From Octopus bimaculoides (lineage: Eukaryota), in assembly GCF_001194135.2 (NCBI RefSeq), contig NC_068992.1, forward strand, positions 29,732,253 to 29,796,252: a DNA stretch of 64,000 nt, given 5' to 3'. Made by a program: the position numbers and the translations under genes. Each line of letters opens with the position of its first letter. The first letter of the stretch is position 1. This document shows, piece after piece, positions 25,084-39,511 of this stretch. The notes beneath the pieces were generated by a model. That model was not told the DNA's origin, did not search any database, and saw nothing but the letters and a program-made list of their open reading frames with translations.

Positions 25084-28000
25084 AATCATATATTTATAAT
25101 CTCAAAACAAATGTCGCATGGCCACATAGTGTAGGCTTTATGTTACAGATTCCCAACTAGGTAGCAGTGACTTTGTATAATGAAGCATCTTTTTCAAATA
25201 AAAGTCATTTGCTACGTTAATTTGCAGATACTTTGGTATACTCTATATACCCATGCGTGAGTATATTCTTTAGAAAAGTTGCATATTGTAAAAATACATC
25301 GTTTGCAGCAATAGTTGAAATATAGGAAACTTTTATCTAAGGTTGCCTACTTAATTAGTTTTCTGAATTCTGGTAAAAATTTTAAAAATCTTCTGGAAAG
25401 TTTGGATACAGACTTCTGAGCGAATCGATATTCCTGGACAAATTGGAGGTTTTCACTTTCTTTTTAAAATAGTATATTGAAAATAATATGAATATTAATA
25501 CGTGATATATCTTATAGATATTACAGAAAACAAACAAGAACGGTTGTATACATACGTAGTTGTGTGTGTGTGTGTGTATCATAAACGTGTATTTATTAAC
25601 CACCACTCATTATTATTTGGGATTGTGAAAACAAGAAAAGTATGATATTAATCAAGTGACCATCACGATCTCAGTAGAGGCACGTTGATAGAACTGTGAA
25701 TAATAGAACATACATTCTAAGGATGTCATCCCCAATTATTGCGGAATTTCCTCAGATTTGAAATGATATCCTACTGTAATTAATATGAAATGAGTGGTAC
25801 AGCTGGAAGTTCTAAATGAACTCAATTTGAGATTTCCATTCACTTTTATTATGCTCTACTATAAATATTGCACACGATTTTGAGAAACTGGTGAAAGTGA
25901 TAATTGTAAATGTTCCCTATCATAAAACCGAATAATTATTTTGCAGTAATAAATCAATGCATGGTCGGTTGGCATCTTTAATAGGAATACTTTTATTTGT
26001 GCGGCAGGTAGTCATTTTAATTTTAATAACTATTTCGTAATTAATAATATAAAAGATGGGCTTTTATTCTAGCATTAAAAAACATAAATCTTCTGAAAGT
26101 GAATCACGAAGCAGGTTTCTCTAGCAGATAATTATTTGATAATACATCACAGGTAAATCCCTTGAAATACAAGAACAAGCCATTTATGGAAATATTTATT
26201 TTGCCACCCGATCTGCTAAATTTCCCCCAGATCACACTTTGTAAATGAGGAACATATTGAATTATGTAATCCTGAATAAATTATCTTGATATAGATGTGA
26301 TTATCATCACTAGAAAGCTTTTAACATAAGTCTGCTTCATTAGAGATGAACTAAGCCAACACAAGGTACACGGAATCACTCAACGTGGTAGAAATAGAAG
26401 CCAAATTTTCTTCACATCAGATAATAGTCTAAAAAATGATGACGGAAACTTTTGACAATATAGTCTTAGATATTGTCTGCTTGAAAAGAGATGGAGTAGT
26501 TGTGACAGGAACGTCTTTGATTAAGGCCTGCACGACCAGGGTTGACCCGAGATTAAACCTCTACAAAAACACAACAGCAACAACTGCAACTAAACGCACA
26601 CTAGCAATATTAAATTAAGTTTTCGGCCGTGTATCATATTGCAATCTCTGTAATGGATGTGACATTACGACCCACCAGTGTGCATTGGATTTTTAAACAT
26701 TAGAATTTTAAAACAACAATGAAGAAATTTATTTTAAACTGTTGCACCGTAAAGGCAACATTCTGAAGATAGAATTTGATTTTAATAAAATGAAAAATGG
26801 AACGTTTTGGTGAAGTAATTAAATAGTCTAATAACTTTAAAGTAATTACTAAAATACTTCGAAATTGTATTCACTAGAAAAAGAACAGCATTGCAGGTAT
26901 GCTATAAAGCCTAATTGCATTTACCATGACATTTACAAATGAAATCGAATATGAACAAAGAAGATATTGACTTTAAAAATACATTATAATATACACCCTA
27001 TTATTTGTACGAAGGAAAGTGTCCTGTTGATTATTCAATCAATTAACATTCTCTTATCTGTAGAACAGAATGTATATAAAGCAAGACTGTGAACTAATGC
27101 ATGGAACACTATTTGCAAATGTTCTGGAACAAAAGCGCAGTGAATACTTTTTATTATTGAAAGGTTAATTATTTTCTTCGCGACGGACTGGCTACTGAGA
27201 CATCACATGCTTCTGACACATTATGACTCAGCAAAATTTAAAATTATTGCTTGCTTCGTGTATTCTGATGGAAATTACAACGACAAACGCTAATTGCAAA
27301 GTCTTAAATTACTAACCCACTAGCTGAGAAAGGAATTTGAAAAATATATCACGCATTTCCAAATCAATTGCTTGGAAATTATGCAAGATATATTTTGCAT
27401 AATTTTCATTTAAGGTCGTCAGAGAAGCAGTGAACACGACTCCAGTAGAGTGACTTCTCATAAAAGAACTCTAATTAGCTGTGGAAATAATTAGCACTGT
27501 ATATAATATATGATTAGGATTTATTTTTATAACCACCTCATCAACAACTTCGTAACTCTAGTAAATTAGATGAGTGAACTCACGTTTATGTGTCAGCAAA
27601 GTGGATAAAATTGCTTCAAACCACCAACACTCATATTAGTTTTAGTGTCTACAGCACTAAGTGGGTGAGTTCGCATTAAAATCTATCCGGTGAATGTATT
27701 TCTATCTTATTTGTTGGCAGCTGGGTATGTTAACTACATTCCTGTGTAGTAAAATTAGTGTATAACCATTCCAACGTATAGGATATATCAAACCATGAAT
27801 GTGTAAAGTGCTAAATCTGCCATTACTTTAATTGACAAAATGAATATTAATTGTTTATCAGAAATATTTTTTGCAGCTTTCTTCATTAGCTCAAAGATAT
27901 TTGATCCATGTAAACAGAAGTGAATAGAACTAGATGTTTTATAGTTTAATTTATTACTAAGTTTCACTTTTCCTTAAAATATTTGCAAGGTTGGTAAACA

Positions 28001-28411
28001 GAAAACAATTATTGTATAATCTATTATATTATATTCCTTAGTAATTTCGTTCTTCCTCCTAAAGTGAATAATATGATTTTTAGTGTACATTTGATCTCTG
28101 ACATATAACTGACTCATAGGTAATTCGAAGCAACAAAAACTCTCCCTCTCTTCTTATGTTAATATTTTGTGTGCATATATGAAGGGATGAGAACCGAGCG
28201 ATTAAAATGCATCATGTAGATCAACATTAGTTGAACTGCATAGAGGCAACATAAATAGAATGGCCAGGTGTATGAAATAATGTTCCGAAAACAGAAGGTA
28301 ACATTGCTTATTGAATATTTGTGATATGTACAATTAGGTAAGAGAATTATACTTAAAATAACATTTAGGATATACCGCTCGAGAACACCGCATAGGTTAT
28401 AGCTGAGCTTG

Positions 28412-28445
<34 letters not shown>

Positions 28446-28786
28446 NNNNNNNNNNNNNNNNNNNNNNNNNNNNNNNNNNNNNNNNNNNNNNNNNNNNNNN
28501 NNNNNNNNNNNNNNNNNNNNNNNNNNNNNNNNNNNNNNNNNNNNNNNNNNNNNNNNNNNNNNNNNNNNNNNNNNNNNNNNNNNNNNNNNNNNNNNNNNNN
28601 NNNNNNNNNNNNNNNNNNNNNNNNNNNNNNNNNNNNNNNNNNNNNNNNNNNNNNNNNNNNNNNNNNNNNNNNNNNNNNNNNNNNNNNNNNNNNNNNNNNN
28701 NNNNNNNNNNNNNNNNNNNNNNNNNNNNNNNNNNNNNNNNNNNNNNNNNNNNNNNNNNNNNNNNNNNNNNNNNNNNNNNNNNNNNN

Positions 28787-28817
<31 letters not shown>

Positions 28818-29705
28818 GTATGTCATTGTGAATGTATGTATATAAAATTCCATAACCTCAAAGAGAATAATAAATCGCCTTTATGTTATTTAGAGTTCGT
28901 TGATCTACTCAAAGAGAAGACGTAAACATCTCTGCAAAACTAGCTTATCAAAATATGAGTGTTCAAAATTCATTACTATTTCCGAGGCAATAGAGGATTA
29001 ACATATACACATCTTCCAATGATTACATTTACAACTGGGGAACTTCACCTTCATTTTCTGGGTAATGTTGGGCTTTACACTCTAAAAGAAAACAGACCAT
29101 CTTATTATGAAGCACCATGCAACGAAAGTAGTCTGTAGTAGCATACAGCCTTTAGGAATCATACTCATAGACAGAGAATTTAAAGCCATCACTACGAAAT
29201 AATAGTGCAAGATATCATTAAAAGCCATATTCTTCATGTAGCATTTCCTGTGTTCTGCAGCCAAACTATACCAACAAAAGTGAATGGAAAAGATAACGCA
29301 TTGATGGCGGTGCTGTGGTCAGGTTTGTTCCATTTCCTATCTCTAAATATTGTTGCACTTTTTGTCACGCAGGATGAAGATGAACTTTGATCACAGCTCG
29401 TCCGCTGTAACTATCCATAGCTTATTCAGAAACACTACTTATGTTGGATTTATTCACTGTATCATTTCGACATGACAGATGGTAATGTGCGTGTGTGTGA
29501 TTTGAGGGCGATTAGACTCCTATGTCCACTACATCGAACAACTACGTAGGCGTTCGTTCAGTACGCTAGTTGAAAGTAGGTCAAATATTTCCTGAGACGT
29601 TCGATTTTCTTCAAGGTCTCAAAAGAAAGAGACCAATGGAGCATGATGATTGAAGGCAGGTGTCTTGAAGATACACTTCCTGTGAAAGACAATTCTTGTT
29701 TCTGA

Positions 29706-29730
29706 GTGAGAGAGAGAGAGAGAAAGAGGG

Positions 29731-29783
<53 letters not shown>

Positions 29784-29866
29784 GGAGAGGAGAGAGAGAG
29801 AGAAAGAGGGAGAGGAGAGAGAGAGAAAGAGGGAGAGGAGAGAGAGAGAGAGAGAAAGAGGGAGAG

Positions 29867-29900
<34 letters not shown>
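29706..29900. repeat. (GA)n tract with a higher-order unit
   Basis: Five copies of aaagagggagaggaga are embedded in (GA)n. Confidence 0.9.
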
Positions 29901-29901
<1 letters not shown>

Positions 29902-30744
29902 TGTGTGTGTGTGTGGGAACAAACAATGAATAGCATATTTGGTTGTAAATTCATATGCTTAATGACAGTTTCACACATTACAGTATTACTTGAAATTTCG
30001 TCAGCATTGGACATATCCACGGAACATTATGTCTGTGTCTATGTATGTATGTGTACACATATGCGTGTATGTCCGTGTGTTAGTATGTGTTTGTGACTGT
30101 GTGTTAGTAACTATGTGCATATTTGCGCGTGTGTTCAGTAATAGGTCGGTGGCCATGCTAGACACCGACTTAAAAAAAAAATAATTTCCCACTTTTTCAC
30201 TCTCCGTTTTTTCTCGCCGTCTTTTTCTCTATCCCTCTTCCTGTCTCACTCTTTTTATCCCCCCCCCTTTTCCTTTCTTCCCATTTTCCCTTCAACTAAT
30301 TAAGTGAAAGCATTGCAATTACATTCCCTCTACATCATATCATAGTCGCTCCTCTCTCCCTCTTTTTCACTATCTCTCACTTTATCCCCAATCATGTAAA
30401 AGCGTTACCCATGGGCTAAGTAACGGAATGACAATCAAAATTATTATAAGATATATATAAAATTAATATAACCAGCTACGCGCAATATAAAACCATAAAG
30501 GAGACATTTAAATATCCCTAATTGCGGCTGAGCATGCTCAATAGCACCTATGTGGCTAGGAATAAGAGTTCATACAGTTAATGCTGCAAAAGCGCACACT
30601 TATATGACGACGGAGATTTAACGCTATTTGATATATAATCAATCCCCTGTCATCCGTCACCATATGGTGAACACAATCAATGTTTTACTCTGTGATGGTA
30701 GATGCAGGACGACCAGACTCGGGTGATCTTTAACACCTTTCTTC

Positions 30745-30820
30745 TCCTAAGCGGCCCAACTTTTGAGGCACCAACTTCAAAAATTTTAATCGATTATAAA
30801 CGCACCAGTACTTATCTTAT
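30745..30820 (-). mobile_element. 3' fragment of the abundant SINE-like repeat
   Basis: Reverse complement aataagataagtactggtgcgtttataatcgatt...gggccgcttaggagaagaaagg resembles the family 3' part. Confidence 0.45.
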
Positions 30821-30821
30821 T

Positions 30822-31072
30822 GTGGAAGCGCTTGGCCTAGTGATTAGTGCGTCATCATCATGATCGTAAGATTGTGGTTTCGATTCCTGCCCCGGGCAAC
30901 GCGTTGTATTCTTGAGCAAAACACTTCATTTCACGTTGCTCCAGTCCGCTCAGCTGGCAAAAATGAATAACGCTGCAATGGACTGCCGTCCCGTCCAGCT
31001 GGGGAACACGTACGCCATTGAAACCGGGAAACCGGGCCCATGAGCCTGACTAAGCTTTAAAAGGGCGCATTT
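30822..31072 (+). mobile_element. tRNA-derived SINE with a Meta-domain-like segment
   Basis: Head gtggaagcgcttggcctagtgattag (A-box TGGCCTAGTGA) and ggtttcgattcc (B-box), followed by gttgtattcttgagcaaaacactt, which resembles the GTTGTGTCCTTGGGCAAGACACTT string of Meta-type SINEs as I recall it. Confidence 0.7.
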
Positions 31073-31294
31073 GATTTTTGACTTATCTTATTAAAAGCCT
31101 GCTATACATTCTGCTGATTCTTTTTGTGATGAATTGCCGGAACTTGAACAAACTAACATTGGTACTATACCAGTTGGTGACAAATGGAAACGAAACGACA
31201 AACTAGCGCGCGCACATACGCTTATCTGAGTATGTGTGTATATATGAATCTGTGTGTATGTATAGATAGGATTTCTAATATCCATACGTATTCA

Positions 31295-31508
31295 GGGCAG
31301 CGAGCTAGCAGAAACGTTAGCATGCCGGGCGAAATTCTCAGCGGTGTTTCGTCTGTCTCTATGTTCTGAGTTCAAATTCCATCAAAGTCGATTTTGCCTG
31401 TCATCCTTTCAGGGTGTATAAATTAAGTGCCAGTTGCGTACTGGAGTCGATCTAATTGACCCTCTCTGCCCCAACTTTTGGACCTTTTCCCTTGAGTAGA
31501 AAATAATA
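31295..31508 (+). mobile_element. Best-preserved copy of the abundant SINE-like repeat
   Basis: ggcagcgagctagcagaaacgttagcatgccgggcgaaa...gttctgagttcaaattcc (B-box-like)...tcatcctttcagggtg...gtagaaaataat. Homologues occur at 6205, 6430, 8965 and 19411. Confidence 0.75.
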
Positions 31509-34500
31509 TGCGTATGCATATATTTGTAGATACATACACACATATATATATATGGACTCTCATCTATCTATCTCTATAAATATATACATCCATACATACA
31601 TAAATACATACATACATACATACATACATACATANNNNNNNNNNNNNNNNNNNNNNNNNNNNNNNNNNNNNNNNNNNNNNNNNNNNNNNNNNNNNNNNNN
31701 NNNNNNNNNNNNNNNNNNNNNNNNNNNNNNNNNNNNNNNNNNNNNNNNNNNNNATATATATATATATATATATATACTCACATACAAATCGGAAATATGA
31801 TAAAGGAAGTAACTCAAAGTAGAACGTGGCATATATCTTAAGAAGAAAGATGAATATATTAAAATGTACACCATTTAATCTTTATTTTATTGAAATATTC
31901 GCTTCTAAAGGCGGTAAAGCAAACGCTTGGTAGCAAATGGAAAGTCATTGTAGCATCACAAGCCACCGACTTATACAATCTTTGCGGCGATATGTTTTAG
32001 TGTCTTGTGTTTTAAAAAAAGATAGTGTATTTGCTGTGAATGAGTTATATTGCAGCAAGCATACATATGCAGAGATTTAGTCCTGACTGCACGCACTCAA
32101 TTTGTATTTTCCTTATGCCATGTCAATTTAGGTGTATTCTAGATTCTTGAGATGTTCTCATTCGATATTTGTATCATTGTGACGTAGCGACTATTCCACC
32201 GTTTCTGGAAGTGAAAATAATATGATTCAACCACCAAGATTTTATCCNNNNNNNNNNNNNNNNNNNNNNNNNNNNNNNNNNNNNNNNNNNNNNNNNNNNN
32301 NNNNNNNNNNNNNNNNNNNNNNNNNNNNNNNNNNNNNNNNNNNNNNNATGATATGGAGGCCGGGTGTCTGTGTGTGCGCGCGTAGGTTTGTAGATTATCA
32401 AATGGTAAATATTCGAAATAGGAAACTAATGCAACTTTGAAGATAATGTATTGTTATTTTTCCTTTAGTTTGTTGTGTTTATTTCTTTAAAGCCAGAAGT
32501 GAATCAACGGATGTATGGAATCTTTGTTGAATGAAATGATATATAAATGCGACATCAACTGATATTATCTCACGTTTATTATTTAATTTTCTAAGTTTTA
32601 TTTAATCTACACTACATATTTTATCTTTAATGGTCCTCTTTGCTGCAGTCTACTTCATTTTGTGACAGATCTATCTCTTTTTATTGAAATACTTTTACAA
32701 AATATTTATTTTACTTCACCTCTGCCATAAGCGTTTATAATTGTGGATAATGAAAGTTGTGATATTAATACATTTCTAAAACAGGTGAAAACTATGTGTG
32801 ATTCTAGTCATGTGGACAGTGTTGTCGACTGCACTGTTTCTCAATATTTACTTTCAATTATATATTTTGTCGTTTCGCTTCACCATTGGATTATGAAAAC
32901 TAATAAAGTTAACCTTCAAACCTAGATAAAGAAAACCTTTCATGTTATATGATACCGGTCCATCTAATGACATATCTATGAGTTATATTTTGACAATATT
33001 TAGAATGTCATACGCATTGTATATTCACTTATTATAACCTTAGAACTTCAATCTAACCACATTACATAATTCTGTAATTTTGAAAGGAAAAGGAGAAAAT
33101 GTATAATGTAAGTATGCGATACATTAGATTTAAGTGGAAATTAGTTAAGCATACGAGGTTTACTTGTTCTAATTTAGCTAATAGTTTGCTCTCAAAGGAG
33201 TAGAAGCCACTACTCTAGTAGGATATAGATATAAATAAGAAGTGATAAGACTGTGGGATTAATGGTGTACTGAAATAGTAACAGGATCGTTAAAGAAAAG
33301 TTACATACCATTTTTGTATGCCATCTAAATTGTTTTTACGAAGAATATCCGCTGCCGTTTCCTAATTTGTTCTCGGACAGGATTTGCGGTTTGGAATGGA
33401 TTCGAATTAGAATTTTTGGCTAGCAGTACTGTGAAATATCCGTAGATAAATGAATATTCGGATCAGGATTGGTAGGCCAATCCTGAGTTTATGATTTCAT
33501 TATGGTTACATGGAACTTTATTAGAGATTTTAAGATCTGGAACTGATGCAAATTAGATATTTGACAGTGAGTAGCTTATGTGTAAAGGGAATATACAGTA
33601 CGAAAGCTGCTTCTTGGTGTTCGTGTGATACTTGTATACTGATGCTGTTAAAATACTCAAAGTATCAACATGTAAAGGAGTTACCGGGATTGTAGTGAGG
33701 AAACTCAAGGAGGCCATTTCCGTGGTGTTATGAGTTGTTATAAATGAAAAAGAGAATGCGATTACAGTGAGATGGATGTGTAAGAATTACCTAAAAGCAT
33801 AACATACTCGCTATAAGAAGGCGGCTGAAACTAGTGGGTAGAAATCATTAAAGATTATTGTGCAATACACTTTTAGTATCTTTACTAGTTGCAAGAAAAT
33901 TCTCAAAGGGAAGAGGTGGCTTCAAATTCTACAGAAATTGCACTGAAAGACTCTGAGACGGGAAAGAAACAAGATGTAATAAAAAAAAAAGTGGTAATTT
34001 ACTTTTCAGATATTGGAAATGATATCGTAAATCTGACAATTCTAAAGAAAATACTTTTTGGAGGATGGGATAATCTATGATATAATTCCATATGTTAGCG
34101 TATATATAGGAAGATATGAAAAATGATGGTGAAACGAGATTTATAAAATCTTCCAGAACATGACTAGTCTACACCAAAGTTTAAAACGTCATTGCTAGTA
34201 TATAACACGCTTTTCTCAACAGACGTTAGTGTTTTCGTAGTCCCAATTATATTGACATTGAATTAAATGTAATAGTTTGAAAACTATGTAAATCCATTGG
34301 TAGCAAAATTTCAAGCTATATTCTCTGTTGGTTTACAGCAATTTCCTTTCCAAGTAATATCATCTATATTTGTGATGACATAAATCTCTATGATTATAGT
34401 CATTGAAACAAAACAATTTTCTTTTACTTTCATGGGACCGATCATATTTCCTTCACGATACACTATACATTCAAGATGGCATCTACTTGTCTACTATCGA

Positions 34501-36390
34501 TTTTTTATTCACATAGAATGCAGCTGATTATAGGGAAGTGTTTCAGTTGATTTTCACAATTATAGATGGTTAAAGCGGAATTATAGAATAGATTCTATTT
34601 CCCCATTTTGCTCTGATGTCAACTCTCTCTATTTTTTTTTCATAAACTTTCTATTTTACTCAGAATTGATTGAATATTCCCATATATATTATTGATATAT
34701 TATTCAATCGATGTCTAAGAGATTAACAATAAAGTTGACTCTATTCATATTTAAATTCACATCTAGCAAGCTTTGTGAAATGCCGCGTGTGTAACACTGA
34801 ACTTCACGTAATTGATATTGTGAAATATTTAAAGAAAATTCATAAATAATAGGATTATTCACAATATATATGAAGGAGAATTGGGACGAATATTTAGTAC
34901 GAATTCTACTCTAGAATGAAAGCTATTTCAAGATACATTCGGGGAAAATGTTATAAGTCAATGCAAGTGTCGTGCTTAAGCAAACAAATATTGTATTCCG
35001 CAAAAAAAAAAAAAAAAAAAAAAAAAAAAGAAATAATAATTCAAGTAACTTCAAGTTTAGGTAAAGCTGGTTAATAAAAAAAAAACTTGTTTCCAAACAA
35101 TGCGTTCCTAACTGAAACGCAGAATAAACGCATTTCTTGTACTATATTCTTGGAGTCATCACGTCAGTCTTACGTTAAGAGCGGAATTTAGTGAAGAAAA
35201 TCTGTGCGGAATTCCCCATGCTTGAGTTATATTCGAACCCGTAAGAAAGTTATTCATTGCAGACATCATTCTCTCTAGGATTAGCCAGTGCAAATTTTCC
35301 ATACAAAGAAGAATGCTATCGCATTTGTCAAGGACGACGCGAAAAAGAAGCCGTCTGTTAGGTTCCTTACCTAGCAAAAATGGATATAACAGCCTAGTAG
35401 TAGGTTCCGAGTCTACTACCAAAACCTCAGGACTAGGAGCTGGAAATCAGTCTGGAGATGAAAGAGAAGCTCCTTCAAAATATTACTTCAAAATATCTAA
35501 GGCCGTACATGGTGTTGCTTTTGGAAGCATCCATGCAACTGTTTTTCTTAGCACTCACCATTTCAATGACCTTACTTACGAGGCAAATGTGAGGGGAGTG
35601 AATGATATACGAGGAGTTTATAGAATCATGCCTACAGAGTGAGATGGAACAAATGTATGATCCTATTGATGCAGAGAGTTTGCAGGCCAGTCCCGTTACA
35701 GATCATGCGACGTGGTGCAAATCACAAAGTCTAGTAGATGGAAGCCCGTCATGTTGGCTATGAAGTCAACTCAGGTAACATCGACGTGGCTGTGAATTAG
35801 AAATTTGGTTCAATGAAAGGGAAAATCTACTTTGGGTTGCGCTAACAAGTTGTGTCATGATGAACAGTTAATGAATCATTTTAGTGCGAGTATTAGATAA
35901 TAAAAGGCCACGAAATAAACAAAAACTCCACGTAACATCCATAGATCTTGTGTCGAAGTGTATCACAGTATAATGTTTGGAAAAGTACACGTAAAAATGC
36001 ACACGTATACATACATATATACGGTTAAAAGGATTTGGGTATAACACTTGTAGAATGCTATATACAGCTTGTCTATAGATATTGGCAACCTGAAACTATC
36101 ATAGAGCGGAAATTCTCCTGCTACTGGATATGCATCAGGAATTCTATTGTATCCTTAAAGTTTATATAAATAGATAAATTATAAAAAATGAATGAACGTC
36201 ATTTAATATTTAAAAATACTACAATTGTTTCGGTATATTTCTAAACCCGTAGTATATTGGTGAGATGTGTAATCCTTATCATGTATCCAAAGTGTAAAAT
36301 GCAGTTCCTCAGATTATCGTTTAAATAAGACTTTGTTAGATTGTAACGCCATTTCACTGAGGGTGAGCATGCGTACCTAAATTGATGCAT

Positions 36391-36524
36391 CATTTTCAAC
36401 AGTTTATAGACAAAACTAAACCCATAGATATAGTAACAGACAAAATACAGTTTTTCTGTTGTAATTGTATTTTGTCTGACACTACAACTATGGGTTTAAT
36501 TTTGCCTGTAAACTTTTGAAAATG
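36391..36524. repeat. Imperfect inverted repeat (about 134 nt, MITE-like)
   Basis: caacagtttatagacaaaactaaacccatag pairs with ctatgggtttaattttgcctgtaaacttttg (4 mismatches in 31). An inner stem cagacaaaataca pairs with tgtattttgtctg. Confidence 0.75.
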
Positions 36525-36945
36525 TCATGACATTACATATGCAAAACCATAGTGTGTGAAATGTCGCTAGATTCTAACAAAGGACGTATTTCAACAATAA
36601 CCGAAGAAGAAGCATTACACTACATTTCACCAGTTTACTACGGATGTAGAAATATATCGAAACAATAGACGTGATTTTTAGAATATCGTTCATCCCATTT
36701 TCTATCATCTATCGACATATGTATTTATTATGGGAAAGTTTAAACTAATAATCCATTAGTAGATAGGAAATTTGTAATTTATATATAAATTTATTTAATA
36801 GTTAGAGGGCAATTTAGCTATGATAAGGCATTTGACGTATATGTAATTGTAAGCAGTATTTGAAACCTGCTATTCAATAGTTTGTGTATTTCCCTGCGAT
36901 CTGAATAATGCAGAGAAGCATAATAGTGAAATAAATGTCATATAT

Positions 36946-37044
<99 letters not shown>

Positions 37045-37889
37045 CTGCGTCACAAATGTAACATATATCCTTTACATGTTACATGTGCAATAACTCTCTG
37101 AATATACTTATGTAGAAGGACAATGTTGATTCTATGTGTAGAAGAGAAATAGCTACAAGCAATATGAATCAAATTATAACGTCATAGCTAATATTTTGTA
37201 TATGATTTCCGCACTGAGGAAAGCTATTTAAAACATTTCCTTTAAGACAACTTTGAAGCTTCTTTGAGTGAAAAAGTTGACTGCATGTATTATGACTTCA
37301 CCACAATTTTTCTATTAAATTGATAAGGAAATTCTATGCCATTAACTAAAGGGCTTTGAAATATCAGGAAATCAAAGATGTGGCAGTCATAATAGTTATA
37401 TTTTTCTTTTGTCTTCCAAAAAATATTTGGTTTCATGAAAGCCAAATGCAGAAGTAAAATTGAAATAAAGTAGTATATTATCGAAACTGTCAAAGCTTAT
37501 GGTGGAATAGGCAAGAGATGTGATACTTGCATGACACAAAGATATCAAATGCTGATGCTAGTTTATAATCTATATAAGTAAAGACAAAACTTAATGACTA
37601 TTCGCCGACATAAATACAAAACATATCCTCAGGATTTAAAAGTATTACAGCGAGACTGACAACCTCTTATTAACGAACATATCAGAAAGAGAAACTCAAT
37701 AATTGCGTGACAAACAAGCCTGAGGTATTTTTTTCCGAAAAATATTTTATAAAAAGTTGGTGGTTATCAGTCGAGGACACGAATAATAAAAAATGCTCTC
37801 TTTAATATACATATATAGATTCATACATAAAGGTTAATGTGGGTGAGTGTGCATGTGTGTATGTATGTGTATGTTTGCATATGCATGAA

Positions 37890-38016
<127 letters not shown>

Positions 38017-38132
38017 ACACACATATTTGCATGTACATGTGTACAAAATGAACAAAATTAAACACATACGCATATGCATACACAATGATACTACTCCACC
38101 TATAAATGCATGCAGAAGTCTCAATATATATG

Positions 38133-38166
<34 letters not shown>

Positions 38167-39474
38167 TCACCCGAATTTTATAGTATTAAGTATCCGATAA
38201 ACGTAATCTCGTGTCGATCCATGCATATGGCGGTAGCTACAACCGATTTTGAATGAGAAAACATCATCAAACCATCAACACTCCAAATTTAACATTTCTT
38301 TCTACAGTCAAATAAGACAGCTGTCAACACATGATTCACCCATGCCTAATTGAAAGTCACTAGTACGCAGTAGTCCTACACTGGAGCGCAGTCATCAGAT
38401 TTCATTCACAATGACACATATTAACAACGATGCACATACTAACAACTGCACACACATACATGTACGCACACACCCACCCACACACGCACGCACACATACA
38501 TGCGCATAAATGAAAAATTGAACGGAAACATTAATACGGTTTAATGAATGAGACGCCAATTGCATAGCCATGTCAGGTCACGTGCTCTGTAACTTGACAT
38601 GGTTCGTTCATGTGGCGTTTCAAACAATTTAAGCTGCTTCTTCTGTCAAATGTTCGTTAGCTATTACTGTCAGATATTAGTGAATATTAAAATCTCTGGC
38701 TGCTTAGCGGGTCTATTTACGTATGTAACACATATTTCCTCGTTTTCGTTGATTAAGATCTCAATCAGCTTTGTCGATGTTTGTATGATTTCATATTCCC
38801 AACGCACATAATACCCTTAACATCTCAGTTTAGTATTCTTGGGAAGATTATATCATAAACTAGTTGATTCATTTCTATATCTGTAACTAGATATATTTGA
38901 GTGAAGCTCTTACATTCGACTCGTAGACGCTATTGGTGCGATTCGAGTTGCAGATTTTAATAGAATGGAATACAGTCGCATTGTTGACAATTGAGAACTT
39001 TCTTTACTTTTTGCTGCTGTTACTGCCACACGTTTTAGATACTGACTTGTTTACTTAATATGATATAACACTCTGTTGTGTACACATATTTATGTACTTT
39101 CTCCTCTGGAACTTACACATAAGCGTAAACACACATACCAATAAACATACGCATATTTCCTTATTCATATATGCATGTATATAAGTCTGTATACATAAAT
39201 TTATGCGTATGTTAGAAAAAAAACGCACTGCCAGTTTATAACGAAGTAGAGAGTAATATATAATTTTATGTTTTAGCTGAAAGCTAAATTACTTGTGAAA
39301 GATCAATCGCTTAATCTTACGAATCGACGCAATATGTATGTATATTAGCACGTATGTACATATGTATGGGTGCGTGTGTGTGTTTGCATGTGTGTTTGTG
39401 AATGTGTGCCGTGTCTGTGTACACATAAATGGATAAATATAATTATACGTGTGTAGATATATGTATATACATAC

Positions 39475-39511
<37 letters not shown>

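Noticed and set aside
29373-29481. Candidate plus-strand exon with good acceptor (ttttgtcacgcag) and donor (gtaatg)
   Set aside because: Stops in all three frames. It could only be noncoding or terminal, and that needs RNA-seq evidence.
30822-30895. tRNA gene (also the head at about 2425-2496)
   Set aside because: A/B boxes are present but no cloverleaf can be formed and each continues into a SINE body.
35002-35029. A28 tract as a retrocopy tail
   Set aside because: No upstream AATAAA, no TSD and no recognisable body.
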